Source: Felis catus (taxonomy: Eukaryota). From it: DNA of 64,000 nt. The notes beneath the pieces were generated by a model. The model did no database searches, had not been told where the DNA came from, and saw nothing but the letters and a program-made list of their open reading frames with translations. Shown piece after piece: positions 1-12,504 of this stretch (the stretch's first letter is position 1; every line of letters starts with the position of its first letter). The translations under genes were made by a program, and so were the position numbers. The stretch lies in NCBI RefSeq assembly GCF_018350175.1, contig NC_058383.1:19036001-19100000 (forward strand). The letters run 5' to 3'.

Positions 1-135
1 ACACAGAATCTGCAGCAGGCTCCAGGCTCTGAGCTGTTGGCACAGAGCCCGACGTGGGGCTCGAACCCATGAACTATGAGCTCATGACCTGAGCGGAAGT
101 CAGATGCTTAATCAGTTGAGCCACCCAGGTGCCCC
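1..135 (-). mobile_element. Can-SINE (SINEC), cut by window edge
   Basis: Reverse complement of the GGGGCACCTGGGTGGCTCA tRNA-derived head and body. Confidence 0.9.
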
Positions 136-961
136 AGGTTTTGTTCAGTTTGTAATTGTAATCTGTAAATGAGTTACAATATCCCACGAGGGGGGATTTA
201 TATAATTTATGATGTATCCAGCCATTGCTGGACTTTAATGTTGCCTGCATTTGAAAAAAATCACCATAGATCATTCTGAAATGCACGTATGCACTTAGCT
301 TTATCCTTTTAGGTGATTTTCTTAAAGTGGGATTAAAGGTTAAAGGTTAGGGATAATGTGTGGTTCTAGGAAATTCTAATAATATTTCTTTCGAAAGTAA
401 CTGCATGCCCGTGACTCTTTGGTGTGCTGTTTTTTACCAGTCTTATCAGCATTACGTCGTATCTATAAAGAGTTTTCTCTTTTGCTAATTTGAAAAGGGC
501 AGATGGTCCTTGAACCAGGTTTTTGATTGGCACGCGGAGGGGAGGAAGCAGGAGAGCCTGGCGTGACCGGTTGAGTGTTGGAAGGCGGGTGGAGAGAAAC
601 GTTGGCTTGGTTGGAGCGGGAGGAGTGAGGTGAACAATCCCGAGTAGTTTGAATGACATGCCAAGGAGGCTGCCGTGGAATTTTTGGAGCTGAGAAGCGA
701 TCGCACCCAGAGGTGCCAGCGACTAAGGACAGGAGGAACTGGAGGTGGCGCTCCCGGCGTGAGGTCAGGAGCTGCGACGTGGCACAGAGGAGCGTGCCTC
801 GTTGCTGGGCGCCGTCCCCGGAAACTTCTTGGACACAGAGCCTGAGTTATGTGGAACGACAGCCCGGCAGCAGATCTGGCTTGTGACTGCCTCGTCAGGG
901 TTCTTCGAATCGCAGCCTCGCGGGAGAGCTAGTGAACCGACACGTTCTCTTCTGTCTCCAG

Positions 962-1108
962 GTCCAAGACAAGTTGCTGCTATCTGCGTGCCACTTACTG
1001 GTCTCACTGGCCACCACCGTGCGGCCTGTCTTTCTGATCAGCATCCCCGCGGTGCAGAAAGTGTTCAACAGAATCACCGATGCCTCTGCTCAGCGACTCG
1101 TCGATAAG
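962..1108 (+). CDS. XPO6: Exportin-6 internal coding exon (VQDKLLLSACHLL...QRLVDK), 147 bp
   Basis: Pyrimidine tract + CAG acceptor ending 961, GTGAGC donor at 1109. Translation matches recalled XPO6 and joins the next exon in frame. Confidence 0.95.
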
Positions 1109-2020
1109 GTGAGCCCCCAGGGCCATGCTGCATGGGCCCTGGAGCCGTGAGGCTGAGCAAGAGGAGTCTGGCCTTTCTTTCGCACTCAGAGCTTACGGGC
1201 TGTGCCGCCAGAGACGGTTTCCTCCCAGGTGGCACTTAGGGCAGCCTCCGTGCTCTGTCGTCAGGCGTCAGGCCCTTCCCGACGCAGTCGGGCGGTGTGC
1301 AGATTAGGATGTAAAAGACCCTCCCGATAGGTGCTGAGGTGGCGCTGCTTTGAGAGCCAGCGATTTGGCTGGTGTCAGCGTCTTCTTTTGGTTTAAAACA
1401 GTCCGTTGTTACGTTTGTTTTCTTAGGGTTGAAAAGCTCCAGATAAGGATTTTCACAAAATCCTTCAGGAGGCTCAGGCTGGAAGTTTAAAAACCAGCAA
1501 GACACAGGTGGTGTCCGCGGGGAGTCGGAGCAGTTACTTGGGAGCACCCGGGGTGGCAGAGTATTGCTTTGGACCTGGCGTCAAAGGCACATTGATCGTA
1601 AGAGGTTCTCCGGCAGCCTCTCTCTCTCTCTCTCAGCCCTGTTCTCAGCGGCTCCTCCGAGGGTGCTGGGAGCCCGCAGCTAAGGGACTGGTTAGACCGA
1701 GCGTCTGCAGTGACTGTGACTCCCCCGCCCTGTAATGCTGCAGGTACCAGAGTAGAGAGGCAGTGACAGCACCGGGAAATGACATTCCAGGACGGGGCCT
1801 GGAACGCGCTGGACCGAGGCGTGGTGTTTTTGCTTCACTTTCACTTTCCTCCCTGCCTTACCTTAGATTTGGACCGAAGCCTTAGGCCCCAGCCTGTGAG
1901 AAAGGAGCCCGGAGGCCTGAGCTCCGCGTGTGCCCCGGGTGCCCAGGCTGCGTCCGGTGCCGCGGCTGTTGCTCTTAACCCTCTGATGGATACCTGGGGC
2001 GGGGGGGTGGTCTCTTCCAG

Positions 2021-2210
2021 GCTCAGGTGTTGGTGTGCCGAGCCCTCTCTAACATCCTGCTGCTTCCGTGGCCCAACCTGCCTGAGAACGAGCAGCAGTG
2101 GCCCGTGCGTTCCATCAACCACGCCAGCCTCATCTCCGCGCTCTCACGGGACTATCGCGATCTGAAACCCAGTGCTGCGGCCCCACAGAGGAAGATGCCA
2201 CTGGATGACA
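2021..2210 (+). CDS. XPO6: Exportin-6 coding exon (AQVLVCRALSNILLLPWPNLPENEQQW...KMPLDD), 190 bp
   Basis: tctcttccAG acceptor, GTAAGT donor at 2211, phase 0 to 1; XPO6 peptide. Confidence 0.95.
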
Positions 2211-3369
2211 GTAAGTGTCCCAGAGCCGGGGACGGCCCGGGGAGACAGGTGGGCCAGGCGCTGTCTTCCTCTGTGGCCGATGAGGCATTCGTTCATCTGT
2301 CCGTAGTCCCTCAGCTGCAAAGTGGGAGGGCCAGCCTTCGGCGGCAGAAGCCGCTTCTCTGTGGAATTCTGTGAACGCGTCAGCTGGACCTATTTCCTGA
2401 ATGTGGGACACCCCTTCTCTTAGTTAAAATGTCAAAAATAAGTAAACCGTCAACGGTGCCTTCCTTGGATAAAAACATGTACAGGGACTGATCCGTTTCA
2501 GATACTTATATAAGCAATCAAAGCAATTCACTGGGAAGAGCAGATCTAAGAACTGTCTTTTGAAACTATTTTTAACCTTTCTCCAAATGCATGTATTTCA
2601 GAGGCTTTGAAAGAACTTGGTATCTTCACAAATGGCACTTCAAGTTTAATTATTTATATTAAAAAGGGAGAGAAAAATGAATCAAGAGAACTCAGTTCAA
2701 GTAGAAGGCATCAGATTTCTCTGATGTACAAATTTTATAGTACATGTTAAAAAAATACAGTATTTTCACAGTGAGAAAGTATTGGAACATTATTGATAAC
2801 ATCATTCATAGAATGTCAACAAATGTTAAAAATAGCAATAAATACCAGCATTTTTTAAAAAAACATCATTTTCATAATCAGGGACATTACCATAATGCTT
2901 ATTGTACAAAAATATTAGAATGGTATAAAGAAGGGGAAAACTCTTAAATCTCATTGGTTTTAGTATTTTAGAAAGTCACCCTTTTGATTCTCTCATTGTC
3001 ATCCTTATTCTCTGTTTAAGTATGTCTTCTAGTTCTGGAGCTGCATGGGAGCAGCGGAGCTCGTGAGGGTGTACTGAGCGCTGGGCCCTTGCCTGGGCGG
3101 TCCTCTCCCCGCCATCACACCTCCGGCCGAGCCGGCACCAGCCTTCACGGTCCGGTGTTTGCCTGGTCCTGGTTCTCAGTGTTTTACATTCACTAATTCA
3201 TTGAATTTCCACATCAGCCTACGAGTTAGGCACTGTTGATTATCCTGATTTTACCCCTGGGGAAACTCGGGTAAGAGGGGGTCATTGGCGCAGGGGTTAC
3301 ACACAGCTAGTGTGGAGTCGTGTTTCAGAAAATCTAGTGGTCTTTTGTCTCTTTATTTTACACGTGCTT

Positions 3370-3760
3370 ATGTCAGTCAGCCAGCATGGGTTGGGTAGGT
3401 TTGCCCTGTGGTAACAAACAGTGCCCAAAGCGTAGTGGCTTAATCCAGGAGAAAGATGTATTTCTCGCTCACACTGCGTGTTCGGCTGGGGCCACGGGGG
3501 TTGGAGAACGTCCTGCTTATTTTCCTGGCGACTCAGCGACCCGGGCCGCTGAAGGCCGCCCCGCAGTCTGTGCTTACACGGGGACAGGGACGTGGGGGCT
3601 TGTGCAGTGGCTCTTAAAGCACTGGTCTGCAGGTGACACCCATCATTTGTATCTCCGCTCACTTTTCGTCGGCCAGAGCATACGCTTCCGCGGCCGTGGC
3701 TTCACTGCAGAGCGGGTGCCACCACCTGCTGGAACTATTTGCTGAATAGAACCCATGGTT
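3370..3760 (-). mobile_element. Degraded MLT1-type (MaLR) LTR
   Basis: Resembles recalled antisense MLT1 pattern (GTAACAAAC...AGTGGCTTAA...TATTTCTCGCTCAC). Confidence 0.5.
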
Positions 3761-4340
3761 CCCACGGTGCACAGACTTAGAGTAATGTCTGTGGGGTGTT
3801 CGCTGCGTGCCAGGCGGGGTCCCAGAACTTCATGTACGTTACGTCGTGCGGTCCTCCCTGCAGCCCGGTGAGGTTCGTCTTCTCCTCCTGCCGCAAGTGA
3901 TCAAATCCAGGCCTGGAGTGTTTTTTCCCGTCCCAGTTTAGTACTTTGAAAAGTTTTCAAACCTACGGAATAGTTGAAGGATGAAGCAAAGGAACAACCG
4001 TGTAGCTTTCACTAGGATTTACCACTTGTTAGTGTTTTTGCCACACTCGTGTTTCCTCCTGCCTCCCCACACACTTCCTGTTTTTAGCAGAGCCCTTTAA
4101 ATAAAGGAAGTTACCGACACTTTATCCTTGACTCCTTAACCTTTGTCTTTGAGAACAAGGTGTTCTCTCCTGTAACCCAGACACCGCGAATACAGCCAAG
4201 TTGTGACATTACGGTAATGTCATTTAACACATAGACCATGTTCAGGTTTTCCCCAGGTGTTACCAAAGTGGCCTTTTTTGCTTCTTAAAAAGTCCAAGAT
4301 ACAGTCGAGGAGCTTGTGTTCTGTTTGGTTGTCACATCTC

Positions 4341-4535
4341 TGTTTGTTTGTTTATTTGAGAGAGCAAGTGCAGAAGCGGGGGAGGGGCAGAGAGAGAGGG
4401 TGAGAGAAAATCCCAAGCAGGCTCTGCACCGTGAGCGCAGAGTCCGACATGGGGTTCCATCTCACGAACTGTGAGATCAAGACCTGAGCTGAAATCAAGT
4501 GTTGGACGCTCAACCTACTGAGCCACAGGTGCCCC
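4341..4535 (-). mobile_element. Can-SINE
   Basis: T-rich tail, (GA)n, ends GAGCCACAGGTGCCCC. Confidence 0.9.
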
Positions 4536-6562
4536 TCTTCAGTCTTTTAATATAGAAAAGTACTCCTGGTTTTTTGTTTCTTCTGACATTGACAGTTTTG
4601 AAGAGTCCAAACCCCTTTCCATGTAAAATGTCCCATGATCTTTTCTGTCTGATTGTTTCCAGCAGTTGGGGTGTGAATACCACCTGGGCAGTGACGTGTA
4701 CCTCCCGTTGTGTCACTTCTGTGTGTCCCATTTTGGCATGCTCTCTGGGATCACTTGCTTTGAGCAGTGCCTGCCAGTCTCTCCATTGTGAAGCGCCCTC
4801 CCCCACCAGGCTCAGCAGGTGTAGGTTGCTCAGGATCAGAGAGAAGGTGGTGGGGTCGGGAGTCAGCTCTGGTTCTGAATGCTTCCAGATCCTTGTCCTG
4901 CACGACATCACCCCTTTGTTCTGAAAAGCATTGTTTTTAATGATTTGATAACATCCTATTCCATGGAAGGTATCACACTTTATGCATCTCTCCTGTTACT
5001 ACATATTTAACGGTGCTTTCCGTTTGCTCTTGTACATTTTTGTGAATACGCTTTGGTTCTTATTTCAGTTTCCTTCCACATCAGAGGTCAAGTTCTGGTC
5101 TCTTAACTCTACTGGCTTTTCCCCCTAAACTGCTTTCCCTGTGCCTTGTGTCGTCTTGGAGAAACGTCTGACCCGAGTGCAGTTTCCTGGCCCCGGTCCT
5201 TGTAGCAGCTGTGAGGGAGGGGCTCCTTCCATGGGATGCGTGTGCCCTGTGTGCTCTTGCCGAGGTCCGCGTGGCTGGCCGTTAGAGAAGCAGGCCCGTC
5301 GTGAGCCATTCTTCTCTTTCATGCTCAGTCCTTTGAGTGAGGTGGTGGTCTCTCTCTGTCCACGTTTTCAGACGAGGAGACAGAATCTAGTGGAGTCAGG
5401 AGTCAAACCTGCTCCTCTAGAGCATCTATTCCTTCTGCTTTACGTTTCTCTGGAAGCTGCTTCAGCCGCCGCAGAGGCTGGTGAGCTTGAGGGGCCAGGG
5501 CGACCCAGGGAGCCCCACCAGGTAGAGGCCAGCCCTCAGCCCAGCTCTGGTTCCGCCCTCTGGAGCTCTGCCAGCGTTGAGTCTGCTGAGCTCAGGCTGA
5601 GCCATGGGGGTGCTTCTTAGGGCAGCCGGTGGGAAGCTCCGTGTCTAAGGGGAGGAGCCAGCCCCACCAGTGCTGAGGAATGGTGACAGCTTCCCTGTGC
5701 TGGACCTTCCGATGTGCCAGGCACTGGGCTAGACACGTTCTTAACCTTGTCTCTCGTCCTCGCGGCAGCCCCGTGAAGGTGGGGCTGTTGGCTATTCCCG
5801 GTATACTGACAAGGAGCCTGTCTGGGTGTAGGGCCGTCAAGTGCCCGTCTGTGGTTCCTATCCGGCACCTCTGATCAGGGCCCTTTCCGTGTCCTCTGAG
5901 CTCCTGCCCGTTTGCTGGCCACCACCTCTGCTTTCTCTGTGTTCCCTGCAGGCATCGCGTTTACATCAGGATCTCATTAGAAGCGTATGTTGTTGATAAC
6001 ATCATATGATACCATAATAATCATATATATCGTCAGGCCCCAGGCCCAGTAGGATAAGGGGCGAACAGGCAGTTTATTCACGAACGTAGCAGCAGTAGGT
6101 GGGCCAGCGGGGTGCTGCTGCCGATCGCCAGGCGGGGAGGTACACGTCGGGTGGAAGGGGTGTCGGATCTGCATCTGTCCATTCTCGCCTGGGGTGATTA
6201 CCTTGGGACGCCCAGTCTCGCCCGTCTGTTCACCGTCTTAGAATCTAGACACCTAACTGGGGGCCACGTTTTATCTTTTCCTCTGGGTGGCCTTGTTTCC
6301 GGTGGACAGAGGCAGAAGAGAGGCAAAAATCTGAGCAAGCAGGCAGCCAGAGTCCTGGTGGAAAAAAGAAGAAAGAAGAGGGTGTAGAGAGAGAGAGACG
6401 GGAGAGGTGGAGAAGCCCATGAAGAGAGACTGTGTTCGTTCAGCAGGGTTTCTGCGATCGCCCTCCGAATACATCTGCGAATCTCGCCCCCTCCTGGGTA
6501 TTCCCCGGCCCCCTGCTTTATCCTCCGACAAGTCATAACGTGCACTGAATCTCGATTTGCAG

Positions 6563-6718
6563 CCAAAGTGATTATCCACCAGACGCTCAGTGTTTTAGAA
6601 GACATCGTGGACAGCATCTCCGGGGAGTCCACCAAGTCCCGGCAGATCTGCTACCAGTCGCTGCAGGAATCCGTGCAAGTCTCCCTGGCCCTCTTTCCCG
6701 CTTTTATCCACCAGTCAG
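6563..6718 (+). CDS. XPO6: Exportin-6 coding exon (TKVIIHQTLSVLEDIV...FPAFIHQS), 156 bp
   Basis: tttgcAG acceptor, GTAGG donor at 6719, phase 1 to 1, consistent with neighbours. Confidence 0.95.
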
Positions 6719-7790
6719 GTAGGAGCTGCTGGCAGGCGCCTGCAAGGCCCACAGCGACTGCTCGGCTCGGCAGAACACAAGGAGCTGGCGGTGCGGGCCC
6801 GGGTTCTGAAGGCAGAGGGCAGGGACGCTCATGGCGGGGGAGGGGGGCTGAGGCCCCGTGGAGCCCTCACCTGGGCCTTGCGCCTGTGTCGTGTGGCCCG
6901 GAGTCACTTGGGGCGTCTACCTGGGGCTCGCTTCTAAGTCTTTGCCTTCTCCCAGCGTGGCCACGAGTGGTGAGGTGCAGGGGGCTCTGTAAAGGAGGGG
7001 AAGGAACTTTTTCCCACGAGTGCTGCGTATTTCCTTAGATGGCAAGGTGGGTTTTGCCGACCTGGTTCCCTCCCTCACCCGATAGAGGCTCTTTCTGGCT
7101 CTCGGGAGAGCGTTTACAGCAGCCTCGTCAGTCTTCGGAGAGGACTATTGGGGCCTGTCAGTCAGCAAGCACTCACTGATTGCCTCTTGTAAGCGGAGTG
7201 TGTGAGGTTAGAGCCAGAACACCGTACGAGATGATTGTTGAGATCTGCCAGTGGAGGAAACGTAACCAACGTTTTCGGCAATTAGTCCCATTATTGGTCC
7301 ATTAATGATAATGGACCATTAATAATAGAGGGCCACGCAGCCTGAATACACCGTCATTATCCATTTTCAGCCACTTAACCTCTGACCCAAGTGCGGGGAT
7401 TAGCGATCAGAGAGCGAAATGGCAGAAGCACTCAGGTGTTGACCCGGTTGAATCGCTCCGTCAGCGTGAGCACAAAATGGCCCACCTGCAGTGAAAACTC
7501 GGTGTCGCTGGATGCCGGCTGGCGAGGGAGGCTTCGAGGTGACCTTCGCTTCCTCTAGTGAGCCGTTGTGAGCCAGAGGTTCGCGAGGCCGGAGCCGTCG
7601 TCCCAGCATGTCCTCAGTCATCTCCCGCTTTGCGTCACGGCTCCGATGGTGTTGGGGAAATTTCTTCCAGCAGGAAGCCTTCGGGAGAGAGGATAGTGCA
7701 GATTGAAAAAAGGAGGTCAGCCAGGCCCCGGGCTTCCACTTAGCCTCGTGTGCTCGCGCCTCTGACCGTTCGCTTTGTGCCTCTGCTTAG

Positions 7791-7905
7791 ATGTGACTGA
7801 CGAGATGCTGAGCTTCTTCCTCACTCTGTTCCGAGGCCTTAGAGTACAGATGGGTGTGCCTTTCACGGAGCAGATCATCCAGACCTTCCTCAACATGTTT
7901 ACCAG
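7791..7905 (+). CDS. XPO6: Exportin-6 coding exon (DVTDEMLSFFLTLFRGLRVQMGVPFTEQIIQTFLNMFTR), 115 bp
   Basis: ctctgcttAG acceptor, GTAAC donor at 7906, phase 1 to 2. Not recovered as a + strand ORF in the track; read manually. Confidence 0.95.
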
Positions 7906-8088
7906 GTAACCAACCACAGACCCGCTGTCCGTGGCTTCCAGACTCCCAGGGGACAAGGAGGGGTGGGGCCGGCCACAAAACCTAGGACTTTCTGCTCCTT
8001 TCTCTTCACTTGCCGCGAGCGTTGGTTTTCCTGCTGGCCCCCCCAGAGAGCATTACTTTGGCTACTGCGTGCTTCCCCTTTCCTGCAG

Positions 8089-8260
8089 AGAACAGCTGGC
8101 CGAGAGCATCCTCCACGAAGGCAGCACTGGCTGCCGGGTGGTGGAGAAGTTCCTGAAGATCCTGCAGGTGGTGGTCCAGGAGCCTGGCCAGGTGTTCAAG
8201 CCTTTTCTCCCCAGCATCATCTCCCTGTGCATGGAGCAGGTGTATCCCATCATTGCCGAG
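8089..8260 (+). CDS. XPO6: Exportin-6 coding exon (EQLAESILHEGSTGCRVVEKFLK...VYPIIAE), 172 bp
   Basis: cccctttcctgcAG acceptor, GTATGA donor at 8261, phase 2 to 0. Confidence 0.95.
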
Positions 8261-9597
8261 GTATGAGGGGCTGGGGTGGTCCCCTGTGCTGCCTTGCTTC
8301 TGCAGCCGAGGAGGGAACGAGATAATGAAGAAAATGCAGTGTTCTAAAGCTCACTTGTTAGTTATTTTTCTGTAAAATAATTTTTTCCAGGAAAGAATGC
8401 CTTTAGCTTGGTCCAGTCTTTTTGTGTTGGTCGAGTTAATTGGAACTAGTCTAGGGAAAACACAGCAGGTTAAGTGCGAGGCTGGTCGGCGAGTAAGATC
8501 AGTCTCCGTGGCAAATAGCTTCTAACTTTAGGTGAATATGTGGTTTTCTCTGGCAAACACCGTAACAAGACGTACTTGTTAAGACATACTAGTAAGCCCA
8601 TGCACCGGTCTCAAGGATACGAGGCCAGTGCTTGGAACCATGTAAAAGTTTTGTTGTTAAAGAAACACTCCACATCCTTAGAAAACCTACATTCAGCATG
8701 ACAAGATCCAGAATAAGTGTGAATTTAACTAAATTTTATGTGATAGTTAAGAGCTAACCTTTTTAAGTCCCCCAACTAAGGCTTAAGTGAGTGAGTTGCT
8801 TTGCATCGTTAAACACGCTTGGGCCCTGTAAGGATTCCTGCCATGGGAGCTCGTGCCCTCTGGTCCCAATTTAATTTTAATCAAGGCTGAATTAAATATA
8901 TCTGGGGCTTACACTTTTGAATTCTACAGAGACATCTGGAATACCGTGACCCGGCATGCCCTCCAATGACTTGGAGATTTTTGGTTCAGTTAGAAAATAC
9001 TGCTGAGCCTCCCCTCCTCCCAGAACCCTGCTACCGGTGACCGGGGACACAGGCCCAGAGAGCGCTCAGCGCCACACGCTGCCTCCTCCGAGGTCCCCTG
9101 ACGCTGCTTTCTGTGCCTTCCAGGTGCTCTGTGACTCCTCTTCCGTAGACGGCAAAACTGCTTTTAAAGCTTCTTACTTGTCTTGCATGGGGTCAACAGG
9201 TTAGCTGGGACAGCGGTTTTTATCCTGGGGGAAGGAACAACACAGCCAAGAAGAGGTGACAGATCGGATCAGCTGCTTTCTAAACAGGAAACCCATACCG
9301 CTCATTGCTCTGCCATTTGGTAGCTGTTTTTTCCCGGCTTAGAGGGCTGAGGGTTTCCCTCAGAAAAAGGGCACCGACCCTGGCACTGGCCCGGGCATCG
9401 TGTCTCTGCGGAAGTACACCTGGTTTGAACTGCTGGCCTGAGGGGGACTGGACCAGATGGCAGTGTCGGGGGACACTGACACTCTGCTTGCTGTTATCAG
9501 GCGTTGCCCGGGCCTCCTTGCTGCTCGGAGCCGAGGCTGTGAGTGGCCCCCCTGAGCCGCAGGAAGGGAAGGTTTGAGGGTCTGTGTGTCTCCACAG

Positions 9598-9759
9598 CGC
9601 CCCTCCCCTGATGTGAAGGCTGAGCTGTTTGAGCTCCTGTTCCGGACGCTCCATCACAACTGGAGGTACTTCTTCAAGTCCACTGTCCTGGCCAGTGTCC
9701 AGAGGGGGATCGCTGAGGAGCAGATGGAGAATGAGCCTCAGTTCAGTGCCATCATGCAG
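9598..9759 (+). CDS. XPO6: Exportin-6 coding exon (RPSPDVKAELFELLFRTLHHNWRYFF...FSAIMQ), 162 bp
   Basis: tctccacAG acceptor, GTAACG donor at 9760, phase 0 to 0. Confidence 0.95.
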
Positions 9760-10190
9760 GTAACGTGCTGGAAAAGCCGGTGAGGCTGCCGTGTGATCCC
9801 GGGACGAACAGGCCTCATCCTGGACACCAGCTGGGGCCACTGGCTGGCCGTCCCTTGGTTTGCTTCCCTGACATGTGGGGAAGCCAGGTCGTCTTGGGTC
9901 GAAGCTTGGTTACTACCTCTTGCGACCTAGGAAGTTAATTAACTTCTTGGAGCCCCAGTCTGTCCCATCTATCAAGTGGGGAGAAGGCTGCTTATCTGAT
10001 GGGTTTATTGTGAGGTTGGATGAGTTAGCGTATGCTAAGCAGCTGGCACTTGTGTTTCCCAAGTGCGAGGGGACTGCCTGCCGTCAGCACAGCTGTTGAG
10101 GCCTCCTTGACTGGGAGCTGAGTGGAGTCACTTGGGGAGACTCCCCTTTGGAGAGGGACCCAGTGATCTGCATTTTTAAAAGGTCATTCA

Positions 10191-10438
10191 GGGGGCGTCT
10201 GGGTGGCTCAGTCGGTTGAGCGTCCGACTTCGGCTCAGGTCATGATCTCGCGGCTCGTGAGTTCGAGCGTCGCGTCGGGCTCTGTGCTGACAGCTCGGAG
10301 CCTGGAGCTAGAGTGTCTGGAGTGTCTCGTTCTCTGTCTACCCCTCCCCTGCTCATGCTCTCTCTCTGTCTCAAAAATAAATAAAACATTAAAATAAATA
10401 AATAAATTAATTAATTAAAAAAAAAAAAAAAAAAAAAA
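10191..10438 (+). mobile_element. Can-SINE with long A tail, in XPO6 intron
   Basis: GGGGCGTCTGGGTGGCTCAGTCGGTTGAGCG head, CT-rich segment, AATAAA repeats, poly(A). Confidence 0.92.
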
Positions 10439-10869
10439 GATCATCCTGGCCCGTACCGCACCATACTGGTGGAACACCGCCCTGTGAAGCAAGCGGTCTC
10501 CCGCCGTGGGAGGCCCTCGTGGCTGCTTTCCAGCGCTATCCTCGTTCTGCACTGGATTGTAGAACTTTTTGTTCTAAGCCTAGGTTGGAGTAGAGGGTTC
10601 TCCTTTTGTTTGTTTCAGTGCAGGGTTTTCTTCACAGCATGGGCAGAGGGATTCTCCCCTTACCCCCTTAGGCCCCAGTCGGCACACAGGCACACGCTCC
10701 CGGTGTGGAGAGTCTGGATGAGCACGAGCCCTGCGCCTGGTCTCCTGCTGCCCTTCTGTCTTCCGGCGGGGCCTTGGGTGTGGAGTATTCAAGTGTTTGC
10801 CCCCCTCCTATCCCCCTCTTCAGCCTTGCTTTTAAGCCTTCTTGGTGATGGCTGGCCCCCTGCTCGGGA

Positions 10870-11450
10870 CTGGTAAAAGCCAGTTTGGAAGACGGCTTCA
10901 CAGTCTGGCAGTTTCCTGACCAACAATCCTACGTCTAAGCATTTTACTTAAGATAAATGAAAACATATTCATGCCACGTGTCCCCGGGTATTTATAGTGG
11001 CTTTTTTCATAATTGCCCAAATCTGGAGAGAATCCAGATATCCATCCACTGGTGAGTGGGTAAACTGAGGCACACACATATAATGGACTGCTACTTGACA
11101 GTAAAAAGGAACATTGACACCAACACCAACATAGGTCACGTTGTACTGGGTGAGAAGCCAGACCCAAAAGGCTACATGCCGTATGATTCCATTACATCAT
11201 ATAACATTCTGGAAAAGGCAAAACTGGAGGGACCGAGAATGAGCAGTGGTCGCCCAGGGGCAGGGGAGAAGGCTGACTACTAATGGAGACACCAGGGACA
11301 CTTTTGGGGGGTGGGGGGAGATGGAAATGTGTGTTTTGATTGTCATGGTGGTTAGATGACCCTGTACCAGTCACACAGCAGTGCACCCCGAAAGAAGGAG
11401 TTTTTCCGTGTCACACACTTCAGTAAACCCAACTTAAAAAAGTAAATAAA
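10870..11450 (+). mobile_element. Ancient L1 (L1M-type) 3' end fragment
   Basis: Typical L1 3' motifs (TTCATAATTGCCCAAA..., TGAGTGGGTAAAC, TATGATTCCATT...ATAACATTCTGGAAAAGGCAAAACT). Confidence 0.75.
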
Positions 11451-11888
11451 ACATTGGGCATCATGGAGATGTCACTGCTGTAGCAGGCATTATAAGACCC
11501 CCTTCTTGTAGCTCAGGGCCCTGGGGTCAGAATGACAGAGCAATCAGCAGCTTGTTAGGGGTGGGGGCTTATACGTCATCAGCTTGGGGGTGGTTTTGGT
11601 CAGGTCTGGGGGGGCGTTTCTTTTTGTCCTTGAACTAATAGCTCATAGCCCAGAAATTACAAAGCAGTTTAACACTTTGCTGTTGCTTAACCCCAAGCAG
11701 AGGCAGCTGGTTGAAGGAGCCTCCCAGGATTTGTGGTTTATAAGAGCTGGGACGCCGAGGAGAGGGTGGGCGGCTTCTCGCTACACAGGCAGAATCCATG
11801 AAGGGATCTGGAGGTTTATTCCAAAAGGCCAAGGTGAAACCAAGATGTGAAGTGAGGCCCAGTGGGGAGGACTTAAGAGCTAAGACTA

Positions 11889-12082
11889 GGGGCGCCTGGG
11901 TGGCTCAGTTAGTTAAGCGTCCGACTTCAGCTCAGGTCATGATCTCACCGCTTGTGAGTTCGAGTCTGGTGTCAGAACTCAGAGCCTGGAGCCTGCTTTG
12001 GGTTCTGTGTCTCCGTCTCTCTCTGTTCTCCCCCACTCGTGCATCCCCCCCCCACCCCCCGCCCAAATAAACATTAAAAAAA
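11889..12082 (+). mobile_element. Can-SINE with TSD AAGAGCTAAG(A/G)CTA
   Basis: TSD copies at 11875-11888 and 12083-12096. Confidence 0.92.
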
Positions 12083-12273
12083 AAGAGCTAAGGCTACACA
12101 GGAACATTTTAAGATCTGAGCAGAAGAATCAAGGCAGTGGATACCCTAGCCCTGTGGTGGGCATGAGGAACTGCCTGTGGCACGCCCATTCTTTTAGTGT
12201 GGGGCGGGGGCCCTTGAGGGCCTGGTCTGAGGTGGTTTAAATGGTGCTTATAACACAGTGGTCTTATTTCTAG

Positions 12274-12372
12274 GCTTTCGGACAGTCCTTTCTCCAGCCT
12301 GATATCCACCTATTTAAACAAAATCTCTTCTACTTGGAGACTCTCAACACCAAGCAGAAGCTATACCACAAG
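12274..12372 (+). CDS. XPO6: Exportin-6 coding exon (AFGQSFLQPDIHLFKQNLFYLETLNTKQKLYHK), 99 bp
   Basis: cttatttctAG acceptor, GTCAGT donor at 12373, phase 0 to 0. Confidence 0.95.
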
Positions 12373-12504
12373 GTCAGTGCCCCCTCTCGGGAAGGGCCCT
12401 TCGTCAGAGCTGCCCCGGGGGCGGGTGGAGTCCCACCCTCCTCAAGGCCCCAGGGGCAGAGCGGGCCCTCGTGCCCTGGCTTACCCTGGCCTCTCTGTCT
12501 GCAG

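Noticed and set aside
7906..8088. 183-nt XPO6 intron, also a multiple of 3
   Set aside because: Retention gives AGG TAA, an immediate in-frame stop.
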